From an uncultured delta proteobacterium (GTDB taxonomy: Bacteria; Desulfobacterota; Desulfuromonadia; Desulfuromonadales; JACZKF01): a stretch of 64,000 bases of DNA. Both the position numbers and the translations under genes were made by a program. Numbering within the stretch: position 1 is the first letter of the stretch; each line of letters opens with the position of its first letter. The stretch lies in contig CAWFKQ010000016.1 of assembly GCA_963816395.1 (NCBI GenBank), positions 672,001-736,000 on the forward strand, in the 5' to 3' direction. The notes under the pieces were generated by a model. The model was not told where the DNA came from and ran no database searches. It saw only the letters and a list, made by a program, of their open reading frames with translations. Below, piece after piece: positions 51,431 to 61,797 of the stretch.

Positions 51431-52956
51431 TTCACTCCCACGGAATCCGCCCCCTTTCTCTCCGGCAGGAAGCTGAAGAGCAGCGCCCGTTCCTGGCGGT
51501 TGAAGGCGAGGAAGAGGACGGTGAGCAGGTAAAGGGGACAGGAGGCGGCGAAGCCCAGAACCAGTCCCAGATAGCTCGGCGTCAGCTGCACCGCGGCCAG
51601 AGTGCGATCGGCAACCAGTATGTAGCAGGCCGTGAATGCCGCCGTCGGCAGCAGGTCGCCGTAGAAACGGCCGATGCCGAGGCCGATCTGCCGACAGACG
51701 TAGGGCGGGATGATCAGCAGCCGGTTGATCAGGAGGGGAACGGCGGTACCGACGGCACAGCCGAGAATGCCCAGGCGCGGGATCAGCAGCAGGCTCAGAC
51801 CGAGGTTTGCCAGCCCTTCGGCCAGGCTGGCCAGGGCCAGGTAGCGGTGGCGGGCGACGGCATAGAGAACGTTGACCGCCGGGTTGGTGATGAAATTGAA
51901 CGTCAGGGCGACGACCAGCACCACCAGGACAGGGTAGGCGTCAGCGTAGGAATCGCCCATCCAGAGGCGGATGAAGGTGTCGCCGAGGACGATGATCATG
52001 CCGCCGCCGAACATGCCGAGTACGACGTTGATCCGGTTGAACAGCAGCAGCTTGCTGCGAATCTGTTCGAGGTCCTGACGCGCCTGGTAAGAGGTGAACA
52101 CCGGTACGACCATGTTGGTCGCCCGGTAGAGCAGATCGGAAAAGTACTCCACCAGGCGGGCGCCGATGAAATAGTGGGTGACGTAAACGGGGGAGAGCAG
52201 AGCGGCGATGACCAGCGCGTCGATGCGGTGCCGGAGCTGGTCGGCAATCTGAATCAGGAAGGACCATACGCTATAGCCGAACAGCTCACGGACTTTCCCC
52301 CGACGGAAAAACGACAGCCGTACCTGCAACGGCCGGTACAGGTGGCGGGCGATCAGGAAGTACAGGATATCGGAGAGCAGCGAGGTGGCGAAGGCGATCC
52401 AGGCGAGGGCGAGGATGCCGAAGCCGTGCGCCAGGAACAGGTAGATGGCCGTTGTGCTGATGACGAGAGTCGTCAGCTGCGAGGCCGTCAGCAGGTCGTA
52501 ACGGACATTCGCCTGTACAATGCCGACAAAGGCCTTGACGGGGAACCCCAGGGTCAGGGCCAGGCCGGAGATGAGGAGCAGCGTCTGGACGATGCGCAGC
52601 TTGCCGGGATCCTCGACGAACAGGCCGGCGCTCAGAGCGATGACCGCGGCGGCGGCAAGGACGGTCACCGCCATGACCGAATAGACGACCAGGGAGGTAT
52701 TGATGACGGTATTGGCGGCCTCGTGCTCCTCCCGGGCCAGATGGTGGGCCACATAACGGGAAACGGCCGAAGAGAGCCCGAGGTCCATCAGATAGTAATA
52801 ACCGCCGATGCTGCCGACCAGCACCCAGATCCCGTACCAGTCGTCTCCCAGTTTTCCCAGGATGAAGGGCATCATGAAAAAGGCGACGGCCATCTGCAGG
52901 AGGCCGAAGCTGGTGCGGGCCACGGAGGAGATATAAAGCTTCTTGGTGGTTTTCAT
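51427..52956 (-). CDS. Polysaccharide flippase (Wzx-like)
   Basis: About 14 TM; LG..WYGIW, DLGLSSAVSRY. Confidence 0.88.
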   Translation of the reverse strand: MKTTKKLYISSVARTSFGLLQMAVAFFMMPFILGKLGDDWYGIWVLVGSIGGYYYLMDLGLSSAVSRYVAHHLAREEHEAANTVINTSLVVYSVMAVTVLAAAAVIALSAGLFVEDPGKLRIVQTLLLISGLALTLGFPVKAFVGIVQANVRYDLLTASQLTTLVISTTAIYLFLAHGFGILALAWIAFATSLLSDILYFLIARHLYRPLQVRLSFFRRGKVRELFGYSVWSFLIQIADQLRHRIDALVIAALLSPVYVTHYFIGARLVEYFSDLLYRATNMVVPVFTSYQARQDLEQIRSKLLLFNRINVVLGMFGGGMIIVLGDTFIRLWMGDSYADAYPVLVVLVVALTFNFITNPAVNVLYAVARHRYLALASLAEGLANLGLSLLLIPRLGILGCAVGTAVPLLINRLLIIPPYVCRQIGLGIGRFYGDLLPTAAFTACYILVADRTLAAVQLTPSYLGLVLGFAASCPLYLLTVLFLAFNRQERALLFSFLPERKGADSVGVK

Positions 52957-53061
52957 GTTCTCCTTGTTCCACGAACGGGTTGGGCCACCAGCGGTTAACG
53001 ATTAATAATACTTTAAAAAGGAGGTGCCACAAGAGGACTAGTCACTGAAGAAACGGCCATG

Positions 53062-53089
53062 TTGACACACGCCATCGGCAGGATACATT
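53062..53089 (+). promoter_or_regulatory. Sigma70-type promoter candidate
   Basis: TTGACA-N16-TACATT upstream of GT2 at 53163. Confidence 0.4.
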
Positions 53090-53162
53090 GGGTTCTGAGG
53101 ATACTCGCGGAGCGCCGCGGTCACGAGATGCGGAACCGTACGGGATGGGAGAGAAAGAGAGT

Positions 53163-54101
53163 ATGCAGGATCGGGTGTCGGTCGTGGTGCCTGCCTTCAA
53201 CGCAGAGCAGTTCATCGGCGAGGCGCTTGTCAGCATTCTGGGGCAGACCTGGGGGAACCTGGAGATCATCGCCGTCGATGACGGCTCTACGGACGGAACT
53301 GCCCGGGTGATAAAACAGTTCGGGAGCAGGGTCCGGTACCTGCATCAGCCTAACAGCGGCTCCTGCTCTTCGCCCCGCAACCGCGGCCTGGAGCAGGCGA
53401 GGGGGGATTACATCAATTTTTTCGATGCCGATGACATCATGTATCCGCAGAAGATCGAGCAGCAGATGGCGGCGATCAAGAACCACTCCGGCGCGGCGAT
53501 GGTCGTCGGCGATTATGAAAATTTCCACGGCGACCAGCTCCATCCGGGGCATTTCAAAACCTGCCCCGGGTTATCACGGCTGCTCGAAAGACATTCGATC
53601 GGCAAGGGAGAATCCATTCTTCTCCAGCCGCGCCAGACCACCGGCCTGCTCCTCCGCGAGAATTTCACTATTGCCGGCTCGACCCTTTACGTGACGCAGG
53701 TCGTGCGGCAGCTGGGGGGATATGATGAGGAGCTTGCCGCCTGCGAGGATTTTTTCCTCAATTACCGGATCGCCTCGCAGTTTCCAACGGTCGTGCTTAA
53801 TGCCCCCGGTAATAGGCGCCGTCTGCACGCTGCCAACCTGACGGGCAATTCCTCCAAAATGATCCGCAGTTACATCCGGAGCCGGGAAAAGCTCCTGCAA
53901 ATCGAAACGAATCGGGAAAACAGGAAGATGCTGAAGAACCGGCTCGCGCTCTATCATCTGAACTTTGCCAACGAGGTTTCCGGCAACGGGAAATCCCAGC
54001 GCATCCGGCAGCTCTGGCAGAGTCTGAAATATCTCCCGCATTTTGACCGGCAGCAGTTTCCTCTTCTATGCAGGGCGGCAGCCAAGACTCTCCTGAAGTA
54101 G
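53163..54101 (+). CDS. Glycosyltransferase family 2
   Basis: VSVVVPAFN, DDGSTD, FFDADD, CEDF. Confidence 0.9.
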   Translation: MQDRVSVVVPAFNAEQFIGEALVSILGQTWGNLEIIAVDDGSTDGTARVIKQFGSRVRYLHQPNSGSCSSPRNRGLEQARGDYINFFDADDIMYPQKIEQQMAAIKNHSGAAMVVGDYENFHGDQLHPGHFKTCPGLSRLLERHSIGKGESILLQPRQTTGLLLRENFTIAGSTLYVTQVVRQLGGYDEELAACEDFFLNYRIASQFPTVVLNAPGNRRRLHAANLTGNSSKMIRSYIRSREKLLQIETNRENRKMLKNRLALYHLNFANEVSGNGKSQRIRQLWQSLKYLPHFDRQQFPLLCRAAAKTLLK

Positions 54102-54230
54102 CCCCCGTGAACCAGATACGATAAACCCCAAGCCGGCATCTCCCGTTCGCCGTGCTGCTTATCGCCTGACGCCGCATTGAAACCAGCCCCCTTCCGTGCT
54201 AATCTGGGACACCTTTTCGCGTCCCTGGAG

Positions 54231-55085
54231 GTGCCTTCTGAGCATTCCTGCCGCTGCCCCCGTTTCACTCTATGTCCCTATGACCTGCCGGGTTGCCGCA
54301 GTGACCGAGCTGACGGCGGACGAGAAGCTCTTCCGGGTGGAACTCCCAGGCGGCGCCGACCTCGGCCATTGCCCGGGGCAGTTCGTGCAGGTGTCGATCC
54401 TCGGCCACACCGAGGCGCCGATCTCGGTCGCCAGTTCGCCGACCCGCGCCGGCTGGTTCGAGCTGGGGGTGCGCCGGGCCGGGCGGCTGACGGCGGCGCT
54501 GCACCAACTCGGGCCGGGGGATGAGATCGGCATCCGCGGCCCCTTCGGCCGACCCTTCGACCTGGCGGCGATGGCGGGGCAGGATCTGCTGCTGGTCTCC
54601 GGCGGCTGCGGCCTGGCGCCGATGCGCTCCCTGGTGCAGTACGTGGAGGATCGGCCGCAGGAGTTCGGCCGGGTGACCCTGCTGTACGGGGCGAAGAGCC
54701 CGGAGGCGATGCTGTTCAAGGACGACATACGCGCCTGGGAGGCTGTCGGCCCGCTTCGCCTGCCTGACCACCGTCGACGGGGCGGGCGAGGGGGAGTGCT
54801 GGGACGGCAACGTCGGCCTGGTGACCCGCCTGATTCCGCCGCTGCGAGATCGATCCGGCGAAGACCATCGCGGTGATCGTCGGACCGCCGGCGATGTACC
54901 GCTTCGTCATCGCCGAGCTGCAGGCCAAGGGGATTCCGGCGGAGCGGATCGCCGTCTCCCTGGAGCGGCAGATGCGCTGCGGCGTCGGCAAGTGCGGCCA
55001 CTGCACCATCGAGCACCTCTACTGCTGCTGCGACGGGCCGGTCTTCTGGCTCCCCGAGGTGAGCGGCCTGCGGGGGGCGCTGTGA
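54231..55085 (+). CDS. FAD/NAD(P)-binding [2Fe-2S] oxidoreductase (AsrB/HydG/FlxA-like); frameshifted
   Basis: [51 protein letters not shown]. Confidence 0.85.
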
Positions 55086-57126
55086 AGAAGGTCCTGACCG
55101 TCTGTCCCTACTGCGGCACCGGCTGCGCCCTCTATCTTCTGGTGGACGATGACGGCCGTCTGGCCGGGGTGGAGCCGAGCGCCGTCCACCCGGTCAACCG
55201 CGGGCGGCTGTGCGTCAAGGGGTGGAACGCCCACGCCTTCGTCCAGCCATCCCGACCGGCTGACCACGCCGCTGATCCGCAAGAACGGAAAGCTGCAGCC
55301 GGCCTCCTGGGAGGAGGCGCTGACTCTGGTCGCCGCCCGCCTGCGGCAGGTGCAGGTCGCGCACGGCCCCGACTCGGTCATGTTTCTCTCCTCGGCCAAG
55401 GCGACCAACGAGGAGAACTACCTGTTGATGAAGCTGGCGCGGGCGGTCTTCGGCACCAACAACGTCGACCACTGCGCCCGCCTCTGCCACGCCTCCACCG
55501 TGGTCGGCCTGGCCGAGACCTTCGGCTCCGGCGCCATGACCAACTCCATCGCCTGCATCGACGAGGCGGAGGTCATTCTGGTCACCGGCTCCAACACCAC
55601 CGAGCAGCACCCGCTGATCGGCGCCCGCATCCTGGAGGCGCAGCGGCGCGGCGCCCGCCTGATCGTCGCCGACAGCCGCCGCATCCGCCTGGCCCGCCAG
55701 GCCGACCTGCACCTGCGCCACCGCAACGGCACCGACGTCCCCCTGTTCAACGCCATGCTGCACGTGATCCTGGGCGAGGGGCTGGAGGACCGCGAGTTCC
55801 TCGCCGCCCGCACCGAGGGGCTGGAGGAGCTGCGGCAGGCGGTGGCGGAGCTGGACGCCGGAACGCGCCGCCGAGGTCACCGGCGTGCCGGCGGCGGAGA
55901 TCGCCGCCGCGGCCCGCCTCTTCGCCGGCGGGCGGCAGGGGGATGATCGTCTATTCGATGGGGATCACCCAGCACACGCACGGCGTCGACAACGTCCGGG
56001 TGCTCGCCGACCTGGCGCTGGTGACCGGCAACCTCGGCCGGCCGGGGACCGGGGTCAACCCCCTGCGCGGCCAGAACAACGTGCAGGGCGGCTGCGACAT
56101 GGGGGCGCTCCCCAACGTCCTCACCGGCTACCAGAGCGTCGCCGATCCGGCGGTGCGGGCGAAGTTCGCCGCCGCCTGGGGGGTGCCTGCGCTCCCCGAG
56201 CGGCCCGGGCTGACCGCCACCGCCGCCATGGACGCCGCCGCCGAGGGGCGGGTGAAGGCCTTCTTCATTCTCGGCGAGAACCCGATGCTCTCCGACCCCG
56301 ACCAGGGGCACGTGCGGCGGGCGCTGGAGAGTCTCGATTTCCTCGTCGGTCCAGGACATCTTCCCGACGGCGACGACGGAACTGGCGGACGTGGTCCTGC
56401 CGGCCGCCTGCTTCGCCGAGCGGGAGGGGACCTTCACCAATACCGAGCGGCGGGTGCAGCGGGGACGCAAAGCCGTCGAGCCGCCGGGGGAAGCGCGGGC
56501 GGACTGGGAGATCCTCGGCGCCCTGGCCGAAGCCGCCGGGTACGGCGGGCTGCGCTACCCCGATCCGGCCGCCATCATGGCCGAGATCGCCGCCCTCACC
56601 CCCAGCTACGGCGGCATCGCCTACGAGCGCCTCGACGGACTTCGGCCTGCAGTGGCCCTGCCCCGACCGCGACCACCCCGGCACGCCGATCCTGCACGTC
56701 GACGCCTTCGCCCGCGGCCGGGGGCTGCTGCGCCCGGTCGATTACCGGCCGCCGGCGGAATCCCCCGACCCGGAATACCCGTTCCTGCTCACCACCGGCC
56801 GCACCTATTTCCACTGGCACACCGGCACCATGACCCGGCGCACCCATCTGCTCGACCGCGAGGAGCGCACCGCCTTCGTCGAGCTGCACCCGGAGGATGC
56901 CCGCCGCCTGGGGATCGCCGACCGCCAGGAGGTCCTGGTCGCCAGCCGCCGCGGGGAGGTGCGCGCCCGCGCCCGGCTGACCGAGATGGTCGTCCCGGGC
57001 CTGCTCTTCATGCCCTTCCACTTCGCCGAAGGGGCGGCCAATGCCCTGACCATAAACGCTCTCGACCCCGAGGCGAAGATCCCGGAATACAAGGTGTGCG
57101 CCGCCCGGGTGCGGAGGGCGCCATGA
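55082..57126 (+). CDS. Formate dehydrogenase alpha-like Mo/W-bisPGD enzyme (FdhF-type, Cys ligand); about 5 frameshifts
   Basis: [26 protein letters not shown] (TGC codon), [29 protein letters not shown] across frames. Confidence 0.88.
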
Positions 57127-58157
57127 AAGCGATCTCCCGCGCCCGGCTGGAAGAATTGCTGACCGCTCCTCGCCGCCGCGTTCGAGGTTCGCCTGCCGGT
57201 GCGCCTCGCCGACGGCACCCGTGCCTGGGGGCGGCCGGAGGAGGGGCCGGCCGCCCTCGCCGGCGGCCCGGTCCCGCGGCGGCCGACGGAGCTTTTCTTC
57301 CCGCAGCACGATCCGCTCTTCACCGCCCGCCCGGGCGGGCGCATCGAGTTGCCGGCAGCGCCGGAACAGCCGCTGCTGGTCCTTGGCCTGACGCCGCCGG
57401 ACCTGGAGGCGCTCGAATTCACCGACCGCTTCTTCGCCGCCGGGCTGCGCGACGATCTCTATTTCCGCCGGCGCGACGGGGCGGTGATCGTCGGCCTCTC
57501 CGGGCGCTGCGGGGAGGATGGAAAATGGCTGCCGCCGGCGGGGGGAAAGTGCGACCTGGAGCTGGTGGATGACGGCGAAAGCTATTTCGTTCTCCCTTAC
57601 ACCGCCGCCGGGGAGCGCCTGGCGGAGCAGATGGGGGGCGAGGAAATAACTGTCTCCCGGGAGGAACTGCAACAGGGCGGGGGAGGGGAAGCGGAGGCGG
57701 TGCGGGAGACTTTGCGCCGCGCCTCGGCGCTGCTGCTGGCGGATCAGGTGCCGGACGACTTCTGGGAAGAGGTCGCCGAGCGCTGCATCGCCTGCACCGG
57801 CTGCACCCTGGTCTGCCCCACCTGCACCTGCTTCGGCGTCGAGGACCGCTGCTGGCCCGACCGGGTCGAGCGCAGCCGGCTGTGGGACTCCTGCCAGCTC
57901 GACGGCTTCATGCGCGAGGCGAGCGGCCACAATCCGCTGGGGACGGAGGCCCTGCGCACCCGCCGCCGCCTGCACCACAAACTCGCCGCCGACGTGCGCC
58001 GCTGGGGGACAATCACCTGCGTCGCCTGCGGGCGCTGCGAGAAGGCGTGCCCGACGGGAATCGGATTGTTGTCCGTGGCCCGGGAGATGGTGGAAAGATT
58101 CGGAAGGGGACGGGGGCAGGCGGGAAGCAGGGACGCGGAGACGCGAAAATCCGCTAA
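57123..58157 (+). CDS. 4Fe-4S protein, AsrA/HydB/FlxB-like; frameshifted, end approximate
   Basis: [39 protein letters not shown]-coupled to fdh. Confidence 0.82.
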
Positions 58158-58193
58158 CCACGCACCGCAAGCCGTGTCCCTCGCCCCGCGTCT

Positions 58194-59507
58194 TTACAGA
58201 TCGAGCACCCAGCCCTTGCCTTGCCTCTTTACCCCTTCTTTCATCGCCTGGAGGAAACGCGACCGCAACCGGTCGCCCAGGAGGGCTTTTTTGACCGGCG
58301 GCAGGTTCAGGAAGGCGCCGACGAAGGCCCGCGTGAACTTTTCGCCGATCCCTTGCGGGTTGGCGAAGATCTGGTTCTGGAGAGTGCCTTTTTCCAGGCA
58401 TTGCAGCATCAGCCTCTCGAAAGTGGTCTCGGGGTGGATAATCCTTTGCGCTCTTTTCGCCAGCCGGCATGCCCTGGTGGGGCACTTGAGGGCACAGACG
58501 CCGCAGCCCAGGCAGATCGATGTGTTCACCGCCGGTGACTGTTTCCTCTTGTCCTGCGGATTTTCCGCCGCAGTCATGGCGATGGCATCGATCGGGCAGT
58601 CCCTGGCGCATTTCCCGCAACCGATGCAGGCATCGTCCTCGATTTCAGCAACGTAGTTGGAGGTCACGACCACGTTGGGGTATCCGTATCGGCTGACCGC
58701 CAGCAGAACATTGCAGCAGCAACCGCAGCAGTGGCAGACGAATTTCATGTTTTTCTGCACGTTGTCCGCCGCCATGACCAAGCCCATCTCCCGGGAGCGG
58801 GCGAAGAGGTCTTCCATCTCCGATCGGCAGACTTCCCGCGCCAGGTTATTCCTGATCATGAAATCCGCCGCATAACCGAACTGGGTACAGCTCTCCAGGG
58901 GCGCCGCGCACTTCTTCTCTCCCAGGTGCATCTTTTCGTGCCGGCAGCTGCACAGCCCGACGGAAAATCTGTCCGTCCCGGCAATAAGGGAGGACGCCTT
59001 TTCATAATCGAGTATTTCCACATATTCCGAATCCGCCACGGCCTCTTCATGGGGAAGCGCCCGGATAAAGGAGAATTGTTCGCCTTTGCCCAGGTTGGCC
59101 GAGAGGAAAGAGCCGTCGACCGCCATGTATTCATGGAGCAGCCTCGCCCACTCCTTGCTGTTCACATTCGGCCCCATCCGCATCATGGTAAACTCGAAAA
59201 TCCCGACCACCATGGGGGAAGGAGCATAGTGATATTCATCATGCACCCACAAATCCATAACCAGCCCCTTGGCCGTCAGGCCGTCGAGAAGGCGCCGCAG
59301 AGCTGATTTTTCGCAGCCGGCGGCTTTCTCGATCTCCTCGAAGGTCGACAGGCCATTGGGCATCCGGACGATGATGTCGGCCTCTTCCGCGGTGTAAAGC
59401 TCGGTCAGGACCGCATGCAGTTTGTCGTTCCACGGCGCCCGCGTCTCCAAGCCGTCTATCTTCCTGCCCAGCTCGCGGAAAATGTCTTTGCCCACCAGAT
59501 GTCCCAT
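58194..59507 (-). CDS. Cys-rich 4Fe-4S dicluster protein with N-terminal HTH-like region
   Basis: CSCRH, CHCCGCCC, CIGCGKCARDCP, CLGCGVCALKCP. Confidence 0.85.
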   Translation of the reverse strand: MGHLVGKDIFRELGRKIDGLETRAPWNDKLHAVLTELYTAEEADIIVRMPNGLSTFEEIEKAAGCEKSALRRLLDGLTAKGLVMDLWVHDEYHYAPSPMVVGIFEFTMMRMGPNVNSKEWARLLHEYMAVDGSFLSANLGKGEQFSFIRALPHEEAVADSEYVEILDYEKASSLIAGTDRFSVGLCSCRHEKMHLGEKKCAAPLESCTQFGYAADFMIRNNLAREVCRSEMEDLFARSREMGLVMAADNVQKNMKFVCHCCGCCCNVLLAVSRYGYPNVVVTSNYVAEIEDDACIGCGKCARDCPIDAIAMTAAENPQDKRKQSPAVNTSICLGCGVCALKCPTRACRLAKRAQRIIHPETTFERLMLQCLEKGTLQNQIFANPQGIGEKFTRAFVGAFLNLPPVKKALLGDRLRSRFLQAMKEGVKRQGKGWVLDL

Positions 59508-59579
59508 AGGTAGCTCCTTTGCCAGGCTCTATGCGCGAGACCCAAGGCCCGAGGCAGAAACCTTGCACCTTGAACCGCT

Positions 59580-61407
59580 CTACCTGTACCCCTGCGCCTG
59601 CAGCGTAAACAGCTGCGCGTACTGCCCCCCCTGCGCCATCAGCTCCTCGTGGCTGCCCTGTTCCACCACCGTCCCGTCCCGCAGGACGATGATCTGGTCC
59701 GCCATGCGCACCGTGGAGAAGCGGTGCGAGATGAGGATGGTCATCCGGCCGCCGCAGAGGTCGCGGAAATGCTCGTAGAGGGTCGCCTCGGCCTTGGCGT
59801 CCATGGTGGCGGTCGGCTCGTCGAGGACCAGGATGTCGGCCCGCACGCGCATGAAAGCGCGGGAGAGGGCGATCTTCTGCCACTGGCCGCCGGAGAGCTC
59901 GCGCCCCCCCTTGAACCAGCGCCCGAGCAGGGTGTCGTAGCCGGCCGGCATGGCGTCGATGAAGGGGGCGGCCATCCCCTTGCCGGCGGCCTCGCGCCAG
60001 CGCTCCCGGTCCTCGAAATGCGCCACGTCGCCGGCGCCGATGTTCTCCCCCACCAGGAACTGGTAGCGGCCGAAGTCCTGGAAGATGACGCCGATGCGCT
60101 GGCGCAGCGTCGCCGCTCTCCCACTGCTGCAGGTCGAGGCCGTCGAGGAGGATCCGCCCGGCGTCGGGGGTGTAGAGGCGGGTCAGCAGCTTGATCAGGG
60201 TGGTCTTCCCCGAGCCGTTCTCGCCGACCAGGGCCAGGCTCTCCCCGGGGCGCAGGTGCAGGGTGACCTCGCGCAGGGCCGGCGCCTCGCCGCCGGGATA
60301 GGTGAAGCTGACGCGCTCGAAGCGCACCCCGTCCCCCGGGTCGGGGCCGGCGGTCAGGCGGCCGGCCGGTTGCGGCACCTCCTGCTCCAGGTACTCGTAG
60401 AGATTGGAGAGGTAGAGGTTGTCCTCGTACATGCCGCTGATCGCCGAGAGGCTGGCCGAGACCGCCGACTGCCCCTGCTTGAAGAGCATCAGGTACATCG
60501 TCATCTGGCCGAGGCTGATCGCCCCCTGGACCGCGGAGACGGCGATCCAGGCGTAGGCGCCGTAGAAGGCGGCGGTGCCGATCAGGCCGAGGACGAACCC
60601 CCAGGAGTCGCGGCGCAGGGTCAGGCTTTTGTCCTCGGCGAAGATCCGGGCGAAGATGTCGCGGTAGCGCTGCAGCAGCTTGGGGCCGAGGCGGTAGAGC
60701 TTGACCTCCTTGGCGTAGTCCTCCCGGGCGAGGACGGTCTCGATGTACATCTGCATGCGCGAGTCGGGGGAGCGCCAGCGGAAGAGGCGGAATTTGTCGC
60801 CGGAATATTTGGCCTCGACGAGGAACTCGGGAAAGCCGGCGAGTCCGAGCACAATTACGGCCCAGGGGGAGAACTGGATCAGCAGGGCGGCGTAGCTGAG
60901 CAGAGAGATGGCGTTCTGCACCAGGCCGAAGGTGCGGGTGACCAGGCTCAGGGGGCGGACCGAGGCCTCGCGGCGGGCGCGGGTGAGCTTGTCGTAGAAC
61001 TCCGAATCCTCGAAGTGCGAGAGGCGCAGGGTGAGCGCCTTCTCCAGGATCATCACGTTGATCCGCTGCCCCATCAGCGCCCGCAGGAGCGCCTGGCAGG
61101 TGGCGATGCCGCGCTGGGCGGCGGCGAGGGCGGCTACAATCCCCGCCTCCATGGCAACGAAGAGCAGGACCCGCCCGGCCTCGGTGGCGCCGGTCTGCCG
61201 GTGCACCTCCATGGCGGCGACCACCGCGTCGACGATCAGCTTCCCCACCCAGGCCGCCGCCGCCGGCAGCACCCCGGCCGCCAGAGTCAGCAGCGCCAGC
61301 CCGAGAGTCAGGCCGCGGCTGGTCGACCAGACCAGCTCCAGCGCCCGGCGGCTGTAGCGGAAGATGCCGACGAAGCGCCGCGGCAGGTCGGTATCGTCAT
61401 ATCCCAA
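59580..61407 (-). CDS. ABC exporter, fused TMD+NBD; frameshift near 60110
   Basis: GENGSGKTT; other frame LSGGQWQKIALSR, LDEPT, ISHRFS. Confidence 0.88.
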
Positions 61408-61439
61408 TCGTATCGTTTCATCTTAAACACCGCAGTTGA

Positions 61440-61564
61440 TCACGCAACGCCGCAACGAACGCAACGAAATCAAAATCTACATCCTGGAGGCTCTCACCCG
61501 GCAGGCAAGAAAATCTATTTCTGATAACCTTTTGACGTCGTGTTACGTCGCGTTCGTCGCGTGA
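61440..61564. repeat. Imperfect inverted repeat built of 8-9-nt CGCAACG units (REP/MITE-like)
   Basis: tcacgcaacgccgcaacgaacgcaacg ... cgtcgtgttacgtcgcgttcgtcgcgtga. Confidence 0.6.
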
Positions 61565-61797
61565 GACTGCTTTTTCCAGGTTCATCCGCTCTCGGCAGAG
61601 AGTTGATCATTCCGGCCAATCCTATACTGAAATGGGCCGGGGGGGAACTGCCTGTGAGCGCGGGAGACAACCTCCGGGATATCCAGGAAACAGTATTAAA
61701 AGGCATGTAAGTAGTTGAAAGGGGGTTTCTTTTTTTTGTCAAGTCCGGATAGAATGCCCCTGTGTCTACAGCTTTCGTCATGGAGTACTCAGAACAT

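Noticed and set aside
53010..53035. Sigma54 promoter for the flippase (TGGCAC on minus strand)
   Set aside because: The -12 TTGC element is missing
55470..55495. Selenocysteine in FDH
   Set aside because: Active-site codon is TGC (CARLCH), not TGA
54821..56833. 670-aa ORF as a novel protein
   Set aside because: Mosaic of in-frame FDH pieces and off-frame text
57199..58656. AsrA-like C-terminal extension overlapping the opposite gene
   Set aside because: Probable indel run-on; family similarity ends near 58100
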